Source: Antedon mediterranea (lineage: Eukaryota > Animalia > Echinodermata). Taken from it: a stretch of DNA of 64,000 nt. Where the stretch lies: contig NC_092680.1 in assembly GCF_964355755.1 (NCBI RefSeq), forward strand, positions 18,485,045 to 18,549,044, given 5' to 3'. This document shows positions 37,301 to 50,706 of the stretch, piece by piece. The first letter of the stretch is position 1. Each line of letters opens with the position of its first letter. The position numbers were made by a program, and so were the translations under genes. Below the pieces are notes generated by a model. That model did no database searches and had not been told where the DNA came from. It worked only from the letters and a program-made list of their open reading frames with translations.

Positions 37301-39628
37301 TGTTTTATGTCTTGTAATTTTTTTTGTCTTTTTAAAATTTGTTATTGAGGACCCCATTGGAAAAAAGTCCCACATTGGGACTTTCATGGCCTATCCTGCA
37401 TCTCTGTCTTTTTTAATTTAATATATATATATTTTGTATCATAAACTGTGCATGTTTTTTTTAATGAGATGCAAATAAACCAAATAAAAAAATCCAATTA
37501 AATAAGTTAGGCTGTGTTCGGACGTAAAATCAGTTACATGTGTAACTTTACATGTGTAATCAGTGATCGTTCAGACGATGAACAATTTACATGTGTAAAC
37601 TAACAAAAAATACCCAGCAAGGTCATATTTCATGCATCTCTATTACTATTAAGGTCAAATTGCTCCTTATCTTGCAGTTAATCAGCTTGCGGTTTAAGGT
37701 TTAATTGAAAAATCCACCTCATGAGGTAGATCCTTAAATTCTCAAGTTTATCTCAAAATTTACACCACACGCGACCATTACACATGTAAATTTGGTCCGT
37801 CCGAACAGGCTCTTACTGTCTCTACTGCAGCAGAATCTGTTGTATGGTAGCCTCTGTATTTATTGCAATATATGCAATATTCATTGAATGGCAGTTGCTA
37901 CAGTAAGAGACCCCATTATTATCTTACATACCTTGCTAACAGCCTGTACTCTCATACCAATCTTTCCATTTCCGTCTTTACAAACAACAACTTCCCGGAT
38001 GCCTTGCTTGATTTCTGCTCTTGCAATACCTACATTGGTCTGCCCCGAGACTGGGGCAAGCACACCTCCGCTGGATGGAACAGCCACAGTCTATAGTAGA
38101 TTATTCATACATAAAAGTGTGCAAGTATAAGAAGTGATGAAAAAAAAACAGGCCTACGATAATATCTTTAATAATAATATATTTATGCTAATCCAATTGA
38201 TACAGTATAATAATACAATATTTAATGTCATACAGACTCCTTTTTGAGAAACCCCTTTTCACACAACACTTTCCACTGAAAGGAAACATGGGCAATATAT
38301 ATTTTAACACTACGACCAACCCAATTAGGAGACACTTTGTTGGGTCTTGAAGGTGTCCTCATATAGGTGTTCTAATGTATAACAGTTATTATCTGATTGC
38401 TACAAAAGTTTAAAAGATCTAATAATAATGGTAACAATTACTAGAAGACTAATATTTAGTCACAATATTTGTTCAAAAATAATTATACAATTACATACAG
38501 AACTGTATAGATAGTTGCTTTTTCATTAATTGACTAAACTCATTAACATGTTTTATGATGATCTACTTAATAATAATAATATAGGTATTTGTATAGCGCC
38601 AGAATCAACTAAACCGAAGTAAAAATCAAAGGCGCTTATATTGAATGTTTAAAAAATGCGTTTTAAGTTCTTTTTTCAAAATAGCATTAGAAGTTAAATG
38701 AGAGGGAGGGAATTCCAAAGAGAAGCAGCAGAGAACATAAAAGACCTTTGTCCATAAGATTTGGTGTTAATTCTAGGAACAAGATCATTAGCAACCTTTT
38801 GTTTTTATACAACACACCAATGACTACGTACGTTGAGTCAAAACTATGGATGTTCATCCTAACCATATTAGCTCGCGAAAATAGCTGTGTCAGAACTTCG
38901 TAAGAGCGACATTGACGATAACAAAATTTAATTCACTCACCTGTGGAGATTGTGCCACTACAGGCATATTTTGAGCGATAGTCTCCGGTGTTAGGCTCAG
39001 GCCCATGTACTCATCCAGTGATGGGTACAGTCCAGAGGGCTGCTGCCCTGGTACAGAACCAGATGTAACTGTGTTGGCTACATGTTGACGATACTGCACC
39101 TGTGCCTGAGGAAAGAATAAAAGTATTTCCTAATATAATTTAAAACAAATCTTGTTAATTCTAATTTTTGAATAGAGAACTTTAAAATCGTAGTCATATT
39201 TGTTGAGGCTTGCTTACTCATACTGGGAATAGTTATTTACTTCGGTAGTTGTCTCCTATCCATCAGAGTTAGCAATAGCTAAACCAACCAACTACCAAAT
39301 AATTAAACTGAACAGACCACATAAACAAAGATTCTAACCGACCTTTCCCTGATTAGTGTCAATGAGAAATTGTGTAATTAATCATTTGTATTGGTGTTTT
39401 CATATCCTGAGTCTGAGGTACCATTCAATGTAAACATCCCTATACGGGTGAATCTGTATTTTGACTACACAAATCACCAATTGATTGTCAGAATACACTG
39501 TTTAGAGTCACCCTCTATAAATAAGGTGAAATAAAATAAAAAATAAAAACAAATAAAAGAATTCAAATGAAACCAACCTGAGCCATTTTATCAACTTTCA
39601 TATCTTCAAGTGAGGGATACAGAGACAT
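34393..39628 (-). CDS. SDCBP: Syntenin-1 (syndecan-binding protein, tandem PDZ), 7 coding exons
   Basis: Exons 39578-39628 ([17 protein letters not shown]), 38941-39105 (second LYPSL), ~37932-38090 ([16 protein letters not shown]), ~37052-37227 ([19 protein letters not shown]), ~35723-35894 ([18 protein letters not shown]), ~34977-35068, 34393-34447 (MDHSIPDV stop). A probable non-coding first exon has its donor near 40333. Confidence 0.96.
37509..37812. mobile_element. MITE with TGTTCGGACG / CGTCCGAACA termini
   Basis: Inverted termini with subterminal TTACATGTGTAA repeats. Confidence 0.6.
38570..38790 (-). mobile_element. L2-like LINE 3' end
   Basis: Minus strand [18 protein letters not shown], then an AAGCGCC..GGCGCTATACAAAT..(TTA)n tail. 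Confidence 0.65.
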
Positions 39629-40585
39629 CTTGCAAATTAGTTTTATTCTATTGATTAATAAAAACAAAATTAATGTATTATTTTTAAAGAATCATTGACT
39701 ATAAGCATTATAAAGTATCCATAAATTTTATCAAAAATGTAACTACAGAAGCGTAAAAAAACAACAATAAGCATAAAACTAACATAGCGCAACAATTTCT
39801 TTTATCATTCAGAACATTTTTACAGCAATTTTTTTCTCAGGATAAGGACATGGCATGGTGTCCTGAAATCCCCTGAAAACGCTATGTTATTTCTGTTACG
39901 GTTACGCTTCCCGGCACAGTATTGTTTGTTATCGATCAACGAAGAAGATGTCTTCCGTTTGGTGAAAATGGCAAAATTAATAATAAATAATTTATAAATT
40001 ATAATTTATTTATTGTACTCTCCTTTATTTAATCATTAAATGAGTTCTAAATTAATAATAATAATATAGGCTAGCTAATAGCCTATATACTAGGCTGCTT
40101 TATAGTACTATTTTACTAGGCTTAGACTATGATGCTTAAACTAGACTCTGCAGGGCCTAGCGGACCCCTCCACCAGGCGAGAGCCTACCTAGGCTACTTG
40201 CTTCTACTCCTTAGTAATAGTAGTAGTAGGCCTGACTGAGGCAGTGAGAGCCTAGCCTCGCTGGCGAAATCAACTCACTCGGTAATTAATAATAAAATAA
40301 ATAATATATAATGTGTTGAACTGAATAACTTACTAGGCCTACTTCGATTTAGAATAATGTTGAACGTAGTAGATGCTGCTTGTTGTTAGATTCTTGGATT
40401 TACACGACGAGAATGTCCGGAGAGAGAGAGATATATCAACAAAAAACTACTGAATTTGACTCATCTGATTAAAAACTAACGTCACATTTCTCACGTGAAT
40501 TGATGATGAAATGTCTATTTTTAGAAAACCATGTGAGGGCGCCTATTTTTACATTAAAAGCAAAGATCTTAATAAGATCTTTGAT

Positions 40586-41160
40586 TTAAAGGTAAGGTGC
40601 AGGCAAAAAATTTCTATTGATCATACATTCCAATAATTATCGATCTATCATAATTTTTGGGATTTTATTTGTGTTACATGAGCTTGTTGAAAATAAGCAC
40701 TTTCTTATCAGTTCAAATTACACAGTAAAATATCTATTCTTTTGTACACAAATTTTGTAAATAGAGAGGCATTTTAAAAGCTATGAAAAATAAACGGTGT
40801 GGTAAAAAACGTTATCAGATGACTAAATATAGGTAATATAACTTGAATATTACATTTCTGATATTTTTATTCACCTTCACATTTTTATTTTCATGCTATA
40901 GCAAAAATTATCCACCGTATATCCACCATCTTTTTTCACCTTCTAGAGAGTCACCAGACATGTTATTACATTAGGTTATACCTAACTACTGAAAAAAAGT
41001 CTTCTTGGTTTTTATAGAAGAATTTTGCCAAATTTTGTATTTGACCATAATTATTAAGGGAAATTCATATTTTTTCGTCTTGATTTTTGTTACAAATATT
41101 TTATTTATGTACAATTAACCAAATATTATATTTAAATTCATGCCTGTACCTGAGCTTTAA
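40586..41160. mobile_element. TTAA-flanked non-autonomous DNA element (Kolobok-like)
   Basis: TTAAAGGTAAGGTGCAGGCA...TGCCTGTACCTGAGCTTTAA imperfect TIRs with TTAA on both sides. Confidence 0.55.
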
Positions 41161-41305
41161 TCCAATGTCGTAACTCTTTATATATATGGCTCTGGTGAAT
41201 GTAGCTGAATAGCGCCATCTATGGTTTGTATTATAGCGCCTTCTATAGTTTGAAACATCAGAAATTGTATTTTTTCCGAAAGTCTGAGATGGGATTAATC
41301 ACAGA

Positions 41306-42885
41306 ATGGCTACTAATTATTTATTGAAAGTTATTTTGTCCATTCTGTCAGTTTATTCATTTGTATTCATATGTATTATATTCTGCAATCAAAGCTTTTT
41401 TTGCAGCATTTTTACACGCATTCGGAAAAGGACGATAGTGGCACTGGAAGAAGAACGGTAGCTTTTAATGTGACGTAAGTGATAGAGCCTATCCTTTTGC
41501 TCTTTTGTATAATTTTGTATGAGTATAGAAGTTTAAGTAAAGTTAATTATCACACTGAATAGGGTGATAATACCGAATACCTAATACCTACTCGGCCTTA
41601 AACAACATCCTTCCTTACCATCTTTGTTATCTATTTACTTTTTCATTCCTTCTTTCATTCCCATCACACACGTACTAAATAAATTATCAATACCTTTCCC
41701 ATACAACAAATTCTTTCCAACATAACATTCGATACTCTGGACCCACCATTTGGAACAACCTACCACCCTCCGTCCTAAAATCTGCTTTCCCAAAGATACT
41801 TCTCTCAAAATTAAAAAAATACACCTTTTCTTATACTTATTAAATATAATTAGTCGGTCATGTCTCGATCTGAAGTACCAACAGATTTTTTTTTTCTGTT
41901 ATTCATATTTTAGATTATGAAATTTATTATTATTTTCTTCAATGTACTGACGTATTTCTTTTCTTTTTTATTTGTGTTTTTTTTTTCTGTCGAGGCTCAA
42001 CCAGCCCAAGATGTTTCCCAACATCTTTCGGTGCTTTTGCCTTCATTTTCTGAAACATTTTTTATTTATAATACTGTTTCTTTGTTATCCTATGTATTCA
42101 GATTTTGTAAATAAATGTTTATTGAATTGAATTGAATTGAATTGAATTGAAAAGCAGACTGTTTTTCGTATACCGAGACATCCGATTTATTGAAAAAAAA
42201 AGTAAGCCTACTCAAGCTCCAATACGATTATAACGACGAGCATTTGGCTTAACTTCGTTCTGTTTTAATTGTTCGAAGATATTTCAAGATTCAAGATTTA
42301 GAATGGAGATAATATGAGTACATTTTTAAAATTTTAAAATGTATATTAATAAAATTATTACTATATACAATATTTATATTATTTAAAACAATCAATATAT
42401 TAAAAACAGACATGAATACTACAACAATACTGCAACATATAGGCCCTAAGAACATCAAAAATACTATTAACATTACATTATTACTTTTGTCTTTTGTTAA
42501 TAACTTTATCAAAACGAATGTAAATCTTATTCTATCATTGCTGTTTTAAGTTAAAGTGTTTTGTTCATGGCTCTTGGAGGAACCGTTTAATACAGTCGAG
42601 TGCCATCGGTAGGTTGTCATTATTCCAATAGAGATTATCATTATTATCATCATCCACGTTCCTAAAAGCAGCAATGCGTTAACCATGGAGGGATACAAAA
42701 AACACATTTTCCACAATAACAAATGTCTACTTTTGATTGTTTTTTAAAAACATTTTGAGGATAAACTGCCTGGTAACCAGAGAGTGAAATGTCACTCTTC
42801 CCTATAATCCACAATCTATGGGAACTATCAGTTAAGGCTAAAATATGTGGCACCACCGAAGGCTTTGCGAATGATGTTGATAAAA
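41306..42885 (+). pseudogene. Degenerate upstream ST8Sia-like copy (exon 1 plus a scrap of the catalytic exon)
   Basis: 41306-41474 is paralogous to exon 1 at 43139-43302 with the same AC|GTAAGT donor, but is frameshifted at a T7 run (41396-41402). 42848-42885 (ggcaccaccgaaggctttgcgaatgatgttg) resembles the APTEGFENDV coding segment. No exon 2 or exon 4 found. Confidence 0.7.
41578..42149 (+). mobile_element. CR1/L2-like LINE 3' fragment with (ATTGA)n tail
   Basis: Encodes GPTIWNNLPPSV and ends in an ATTGA microsatellite. The paralogous empty site TACCGAA|AAGCAGACT is at ~43409-43424. Confidence 0.7.
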
Positions 42886-43138
42886 TCAATTCTTTAAATG
42901 TATTCAACCATTAGCAAACAGGAGGTGATTACAAAATATACCTAATCAATAGAATTATTGTGTAAGATTACAGTACATTCACACTGTACCATTCAGTGAC
43001 ATCATATTCATGGAAACGGAACGTAAGTGTGAATGTAGCTGGACAGCGCCATCTATGATTTTTATTAGCGCCTTCTATAGTTTCAAACATCAGAAATTTT
43101 ATTTTTTACAAAAAATCTGAGATGGGCTTTATCACAGA

Positions 43139-45894
43139 ATGGCTACTAATCATTTATTAAAAGGTGTTCTGGCCATTCTGTCAGTTTATTCATTTTTAAT
43201 CATATGTATTATATCCAATAAAAGCAACGTGCAGCATTTTTATACGCGTTCGGAAAAGGGCGATAATGGCACTGAAAAAAGAACGGCAGATTTTAATATG
43301 ACGTAAGTAGAGCCTATCATTTTGCTCTTTTGTATAATTTTGTATGAGTATAGAAGTATAAGTAACGTTTGTAACCTAATTGCAATTTCACGCGAAATAG
43401 GGCGATAATACCGAAAAGCAGACTGTTTTTATAGCCTTGGTTTCGTGTACAGATTGAATTGTTAGGGAAAAAAAAGTACTTAAAGTCTTAAAACGTGTAA
43501 ATACGATTATAGACGAGCATTTGGGTTCTGTTTATATTGTTTGAAGGTTTGCATGGCGAAAAAAGGATGTTGTTTAGGCATATCGTTGTTGTGTTTTTGT
43601 AAGCGTAGTAGAACAAAAAGTAATAAAATGATCAAGGAGGTAATATATATAATACAGAGTGAATTTACAAGATTTGAAAGATGATTTTTTTGTGAATATA
43701 AGTAGTTTTTACGCCACAAAAGAGAAACAAAAACACTAATCTTTACGCAACAATATAGTCTTAAGCCAGTTTCCGCATGCATGCCCCATAACTACAGTCG
43801 AAATTCCTTTTCAGGCGCTGCTACACCGTTATGCATTGTCTGAATGATTTCCCTTTTCAACTCGGTTTTTTTCTTACCAAGATTCTATTATTGCTGTTTT
43901 GTTTGTTTTGGCCTGTTTTGCGAGTGCAATCAATATAATGGTGTCGTTATTCATAGGGATTTTATTCTTAACATTTACCATACCTAAAAGCAATGCGTTA
44001 ACCAAGTGGAGGAAATAAATAGGCCTAGGTCTATATACATTTATTTTCTCTATTTCTCAGCTACAATTCTTCTTTCCTATCTCTTTCTGGTGCTTTTCAT
44101 TTAAAAAAAATAAAAAACATTCATTTGAGAACTTGTTAGCAAAATTAAACATTTACTGTATACATGGTATTTACTACAATAATAATATAATAGGGATTTG
44201 AATGTAAAAACTTCTCCTTCCTTCCACTCAGCAAAAAAATAAAAAATAAACACTTTTTCCGGTTTTTTCAGTAGGCTGGTAGTAGGTGTCAACAATTCAA
44301 ATTTCAGCAGACACACGGAACTAAGTCTATCAGAGAAGTTTACTAGACATATTAACCAACAAGCTCTTGTAAAGTTCAAGTAAGATATTTTGTAAACTAA
44401 ACATTACAGTAAAATAATAAAACTACAGGGCCAATGATTGTCAGCATACGCTGTTTAGGGTCACCCTCTATAAATAAGGAATAAAATAAATAAATAATAG
44501 AGAAATTCGATCTGTAAACAAATAGAAAACTGTTTTTGGGCACAATTGAATATCGTCACTACGCATGATTTTGTGATAAAATAGTAGAAAATTACAAAAT
44601 ATTGGAACTTTGACGCCAAATCATGACGTACAATGAGAAATATTGTGACCATTCTATAAAGAAAACATTTTTTTTCTAATTCAACAGACAGAAGATCGTG
44701 AAATATAAACGGTTTGACGCCAAGTTGGGTATTCTACTTTATGATGGAAATTTACATAGTGATATGTTTAAAAATTGGTACAATCGAAAGACCCGTCCCA
44801 AAGAATCTCCTCCTTTAGGGACATACGACACATGCGCTATTGTAGGCAATTCAGGAGTGTTAAAACATAGTCATTGTGGCAAGGAAATTGATGAACATGA
44901 CTTTGTTATTAGAAACAACATGGCACCAACCGAAGGCTTTGAGAATGATGTTGGTACAAAGACAAGCCTGATGTCTATTAACAGTGCTTTAGTCAGTCAA
45001 ATTAATATGTGCCTCGAAAATGCTACATGTCTTCCTACATATTTGAAGAAATTTAAAAGTCTTACTAAGAATACTATACTATGGTTTTCAAAAGTTTTCT
45101 CTCCAAGTAGCCGTCAAAAAAAATATTATACGTTATCAGAATTTGTCAAAAATGTGTCATTGCCTCTACGAATCGGGTTTCCTACTGGAAAAATGTCAAC
45201 AACTGAGTAAGTGGGATTGGTCTTATCCGAAAGGTCCACATTTCTTGCTTTTACATAATCTTTTAATTTAGCACTTAGCTTATTTTATTTTAATCTCCCC
45301 ATTGGAATCCAGCCACTGTTACTCAAAGCATTGTAATTTTATTCAGTGATTTACCTTTGGATTCATATAGTATTTTGAAGACATCCTCGATGTGATTTAT
45401 GGTCTTTTAAATGTTATATTTCTTAATGTATCAAACAAGTAAATAGACACACTTTCATTGCACAACTTGACAATATGGCCTATGTACATTCCTTCCATTC
45501 AGTTTCACTAAGTTTAGATGTTGGCCAATTACATGAATTCTACAGGCAATGATCATTAGTACTTTTGTCAAGTCAATAATATTATTGCTATGTTAAGGCT
45601 TACTGATGAAACAAGCAATACTAAACGCACTTTAATTTATATTCTAGGTTCTGGAAGATCAAACGTGCTTCATCCGGGTTAATGATGTTCTCTGTTGCTG
45701 CAACGTTTTGTAGAAACATAACTCTTTATGGATTTTATCCATATTCAACATCACCATCTGGTCGTCAATTAACCTACCATTACTACGATAATTTTTCCTT
45801 TAAAAATAGTCATGATATGAACAGTGAGCATAAAACATTAACAGACCTAAACAAAACAGGCGTTATCAGAGTTATAACAGACGATTGTAATTAA
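43139..45894 (+). CDS. Alpha-2,8-sialyltransferase-like (GT29, ST8Sia family), complete 4-exon copy
   Basis: Exon 1 43139-43302 (MATNHLLKGVLAILSVYSFLIICII, type II membrane anchor), exon 2 44272-44379, exon 3 44688-45206 (sialylmotif L CAIVGNSGVLKHSHCGKEIDEHDFVIRNNMAP), exon 4 45648-45894 (motif S SSGLMMFSVAATFCRNITLYGFYP, motif III HYYD, VS HDMNSE, C-terminal Cys typical of ST8Sia). All junctions are phase 2 GT-AG. Confidence 0.9.
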
Positions 45895-48800
45895 TAACCA
45901 TTGTTTATGCTATTCTGACACGTTTTAGTAAAAACGAAATTAATACTGTTATCAAACCTAAAGTGAATATACCACAGTAGTATATACTAAATTCAAGTGT
46001 CTACGACCAGTAGTTACGGAGATACATACGTGCCCTGGGTTGTGGGTCAAAGGTCATAAATGATATTTCCGGTCATTTTTTACTAAAATATCCCATTAGC
46101 TTCTGATCAATTTGAGACCAAAATTACCTCGCTGTTTGTTGAGACATATTGGTGTTTGGTCTTATGACCTTTCACCCTGACCTTTTGATCTTTCGCCACA
46201 TTTTCAAAATGTGTAACCAAGCCAAAAATGGATTGTTTGGCCACCCTAAACCAATTTCTGAAGTCAAATTCTCTGGACCTAAAAGTGCATACGAAAGTTG
46301 ATCTAGCTACTAGAGTAATAAACGTTATCGACGATCTGGTGTATTAACAAATATATCTTATACAGTGTGATTTAGTTTTTATAAAATGAAAACAATTATT
46401 CCTTAAATTTGAAGGTATCTGATAAAATAAAGTAGACCTAGATATTTAGAATAAAAATTGTTCATATTTCTTTGTTTTATGTATAGGCCCAATCAGACAG
46501 ACATCGTCGTACGTCAAAACCTGAAGCATCTTTACTTGACTTGTCGGTGCTTTCGTATTGCACCATACAGTTGTATAGGCTACTGAGTCTAGTTCAAAAA
46601 TATGTTGGGAAAAATAGTAGGCAAATGGTTTTCGGTTTTAAATGAATATATAAATATGTTGTCCTGACCACACACTACAAATCAACCCTCCGTCATCCAC
46701 CGCCTCCATATAAAAGGAGCATAAATATGCAAATTAGCTATAAAACCAATATTTTCTTCTAAACTACGGTCCATTCATTACAATTTTTGTGGCAAACCCT
46801 TTATTTTCATACCCATCTTTTCGAGGTTTTACGGTATGCATAGTACTGTACTACGTGTATTTCTTTCATTCCAGTCGCCCATTAGCGGATCTCCACTAAC
46901 AGTCTGTATCTCTTACCTACACATTTTAGTCAATATGATGTAATTTTCAAATGATATCACATACACAAGGCCCGACACAAGGTCATATGTGATCTGTTAA
47001 TATTGTTCGTGGTTCATAAAAACAATAGAAAAGGTAGTCGTTTATCCAGAAGCTAAATTTACCCAAAAAAGTGATTTTCAAAAATCACTCAAGTGTGACT
47101 TAAATTACGTTTTCACCCGTTATACATTGTATGTGATCTATGGAAATTTACTTGTTCATTGGGTATGAAAACACAGGGTTTGTCACAAATAAATAGATTA
47201 TTAGTTTAGGAGTGCAAAACCTGTTATACATGGTACACTGAAAATGCTTTCAATGTGTTCATTGGGTATAAAAGCATAGGGTTTGCCCTAAATATTGTTA
47301 TTTTAGGGGAGATATCGTAAACATATGGGTTTTATAGCTAATTTGTGTATTTATGCTCATTTGCATATTAAGGCGGTGGATGACGGAGGGTTGATTTGTT
47401 GTACATGATCAGAACAACATAATATACAACATTCATTTACCTCCGCCATGTTTCTGAGTGCTTTCATTTGTTTGTTTGTTAGCAGGATTACTCAAAAAGT
47501 AATTACAAGATCTTTACCAAAATGAATGTACAGATAGATTAAATTCATTATATTTTTGGACAATTTGGGACCACGGTCCCAATTCTGGACCACTTTTTAA
47601 TATACTTTTCAGTTCTGCTAGTGTTAAAAGATAGGACAGAAATTTCAAATGCCGGTGAGCAGTCTTAAAGTAACAAGTAAACAAAAATTGTATATTATTT
47701 TTCTTCTTGAAAGGCGGGTTACATAACCTTTATATCAAACTCGCGCACACACGCTTATAGTGTAATTATCCTAATTCAGACACAGCATTAAGACACACAC
47801 CTTTTTCTACAATTTTGTCTCGTTCATAATGCTAGCAGTAGCCTAGTAGTTTTTAGGTCGTTGGGAATTTTAAACATGTTTAATTTTCTCCCGTCTGGCC
47901 TCGTCGAACTACTGTCGGAGTTGGCCTTAAGAAAAGTATCACGGTCGTTATCGTCCTGGTATGGTATGGGTGGTACGGTATAGCAGCCTTTACGATTGTA
48001 AGACACTGGGAACGGAGGCCTACATTACAACAGTTTGGCTGGATTTAAGGAAATCCATCATGTTTAAATATTTCATTTTCCTTTGTTATACCAGGGAAGA
48101 GTTAAATTACTGTAATTTAACTCTTCCCTGGTTATACACGTAGGTCTAACTGATTCATAAATAATTCTAATCTAAAACTCAATCTAAAAAAAATGCATAT
48201 ATCTCTTTGCATTCTTACTAGAAATTTCCCTATGAATTCCTGTTCCCGTTTGCCTGTTGTTAACACACGTACATACTATTGTTTGTTTAATTTAATTTCC
48301 GCCACTTGTAACAATCTACAAATTCACAATCTCCGTAACTCTCCATCGTTAAGTCAATTCATTTGCTACCGTACCTATACATTTCATTCTGTAACTAACT
48401 AAATAGAAATTGAAAAATGTATTTCAAGATTCAATTTTATTTTGCCAATTAAAATGGAAATAATATGAGTATATTTTTTAAATTTTAAAATGTATATTAA
48501 TAAGTATTACTATATACAATATTTATATTATTTAAAACAATCAATATATTAAAACAGACTTGAATACCAGGGATACATCATTTTAAAAGCAACATATAAG
48601 CACATCAAAAATACTATTAACATTACATTATACTGGTTCCAATAATTAGATAAAATATGCAATAAAACTGGCTAAAAGAATAAATGAAAGTGTTGACTTT
48701 TCTATGCTTAGACCTACTATTCAGCGTTATACAACCTGATCGAGTAAGGAACACAACTATTAATCTTTTATCTCTCGGTTCTACATAGATCTATACAGAT

Positions 48801-49480
48801 CATTTCATTTTTATTTCAGTTAAGTAAGAAGTTAGATTATTAAATATTTTTATTCACCAATACAATACAATACAATACACGTACCAATAAGAAACAAACG
48901 TGTTGTCTAGTGTATTAAGAGTACTGAATTTGATGTAGGCCTAGATGAAAGGGATCTCGAAAAAACCACTAGAAGATTGTGATAGGAAGCCCACTACATA
49001 GACATATAAAGTGGCTTGTGTTGCCCGAAAGCTCTGCTAACTTTTCTGGCCGTTTTGTTTTTAAATGTATTCAACCAGGAAACAGGAGGTGATTAAAAAA
49101 TATCTAATCATGTTACAAAGAACGAATTGATTTATAGTATAGGATTCAAGTACATTCTCACTGTATCATTTAGTGAAATAGTTATTTATCCATGGAAATG
49201 GAACAAGTGTGACTGAGCTGAAATACTATATTCACCTCATTCAAGTATTGTTTATCAAAGTGGATTTATCAAAATGCCTTTGATGTAATGTTTTCCAACA
49301 TGTATTCAAAAACAACAAAGAGATGCTGAATAGGAAAATGATTACAAAGAAACATTTGTGTTAGATAGCAAAATCACTTTAGTTTCACGATCTGAGTATG
49401 AATGCGTAATAACTCTCCTTAGGCCTAAACAAAGCTTAAAAAGCTACTGTAGGCTACATTAAAACTTGTTTATGGAAGAC

Positions 49481-49700
49481 TATAGATATCTCCATTAATA
49501 GAGATATCTCTATTTAAAACTAAGGTATCTTAGTTTTAAATAGAGATATCTTAGTTTTTAATAGAGGTCTTAGTTTTAAATAGAGAATCTCTACTTAATA
49601 GAGATATCTTATCTATATTCTTTATAGAGATATCTCTATTTAAAACTAAGACCTCTATTAAAAACTAAGATATCTCTATTAAAAACTAAGATCTCTCTTG
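49481..49700. repeat. Nested palindromic repeat built from AGATATCT / TAAAACTAAG units
   Basis: 49540-49590 is roughly the reverse complement of 49625-49680; several AGAGATATCTCT palindromes. Confidence 0.8.
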
Positions 49701-50706
49701 AATAAATGACATATGGCGTGCCATACTTGTTCTGTTTTGTGCAATAATTGTTGTTATTATATATTATTAATATCAGAGTCATATATACTTTCTTTTCTCA
49801 TTCTCTCTGAGTAATTAATTGTTCATTTGTAATGTTAATACACATTCTAATGCTTTTCTAGTTGTCTAAACATCATTACAGTACAGTAGGTTTTAGCTAA
49901 TAGAAAAAAATAGTGCACAAAGCCTAACGTGAAAAAGGGAAAATGTATAAAACCAATTCCATTATTGAAGCGTTTCCACCAAAGGAATGCCCCATATAGT
50001 CACTATACAGTCGCCATTACTTCTTAACAAAACGCCTCAAAAGAAATGTATGAAATTGGAGTTGTTATTCATTGTATTTTATTGTCTTGATGGTTTAACC
50101 GTGGAGCTATGGTAACAACGGCGCTCATGAATATTTTTCGTTCAGCTACAATGCTTCTTTTCTATCAGTATCTGATTTATTTTTTTTTTTTTTATTTTAG
50201 TTTTAAAAATCAATAACAAAAACGGAATAAAAAATGTCTACCCGGATTGTTTAGCCTACATTAAACTTGTTATAGTGGTGGTTAGTATAATTGCATCCCT
50301 TAATAGTTTGCTAAAAGTTGTCAGAACTGTAGATCAGATATATTACTAATTATTTGTATAATCATGGACCTATAATTTAGGTCCATGGGTTAATATTACC
50401 AAAATGCTTTAATGCATACCGTATTACATCATTTAAGCTATTAATTATATTAAATCATTTCCCCTTTTCAAGTTTATATCTATTATATTCCAGTAACTAC
50501 TCATTTTATGTGTGTATATAAGGAAATGTAGAAAATAAGCGACTCAAGTTGACTACATTAAACTTCTATAATACATTTTACTGCAAAACTAATACAATCA
50601 AATTTCCTCTACCTCGCTATCTCTCCCTAATTAACAACAAATAAACACCACTTTTGCCGTTTGTTTAAAGATGAGTATATCAGTCACATATCCCTTTTTT
50701 CAATAG

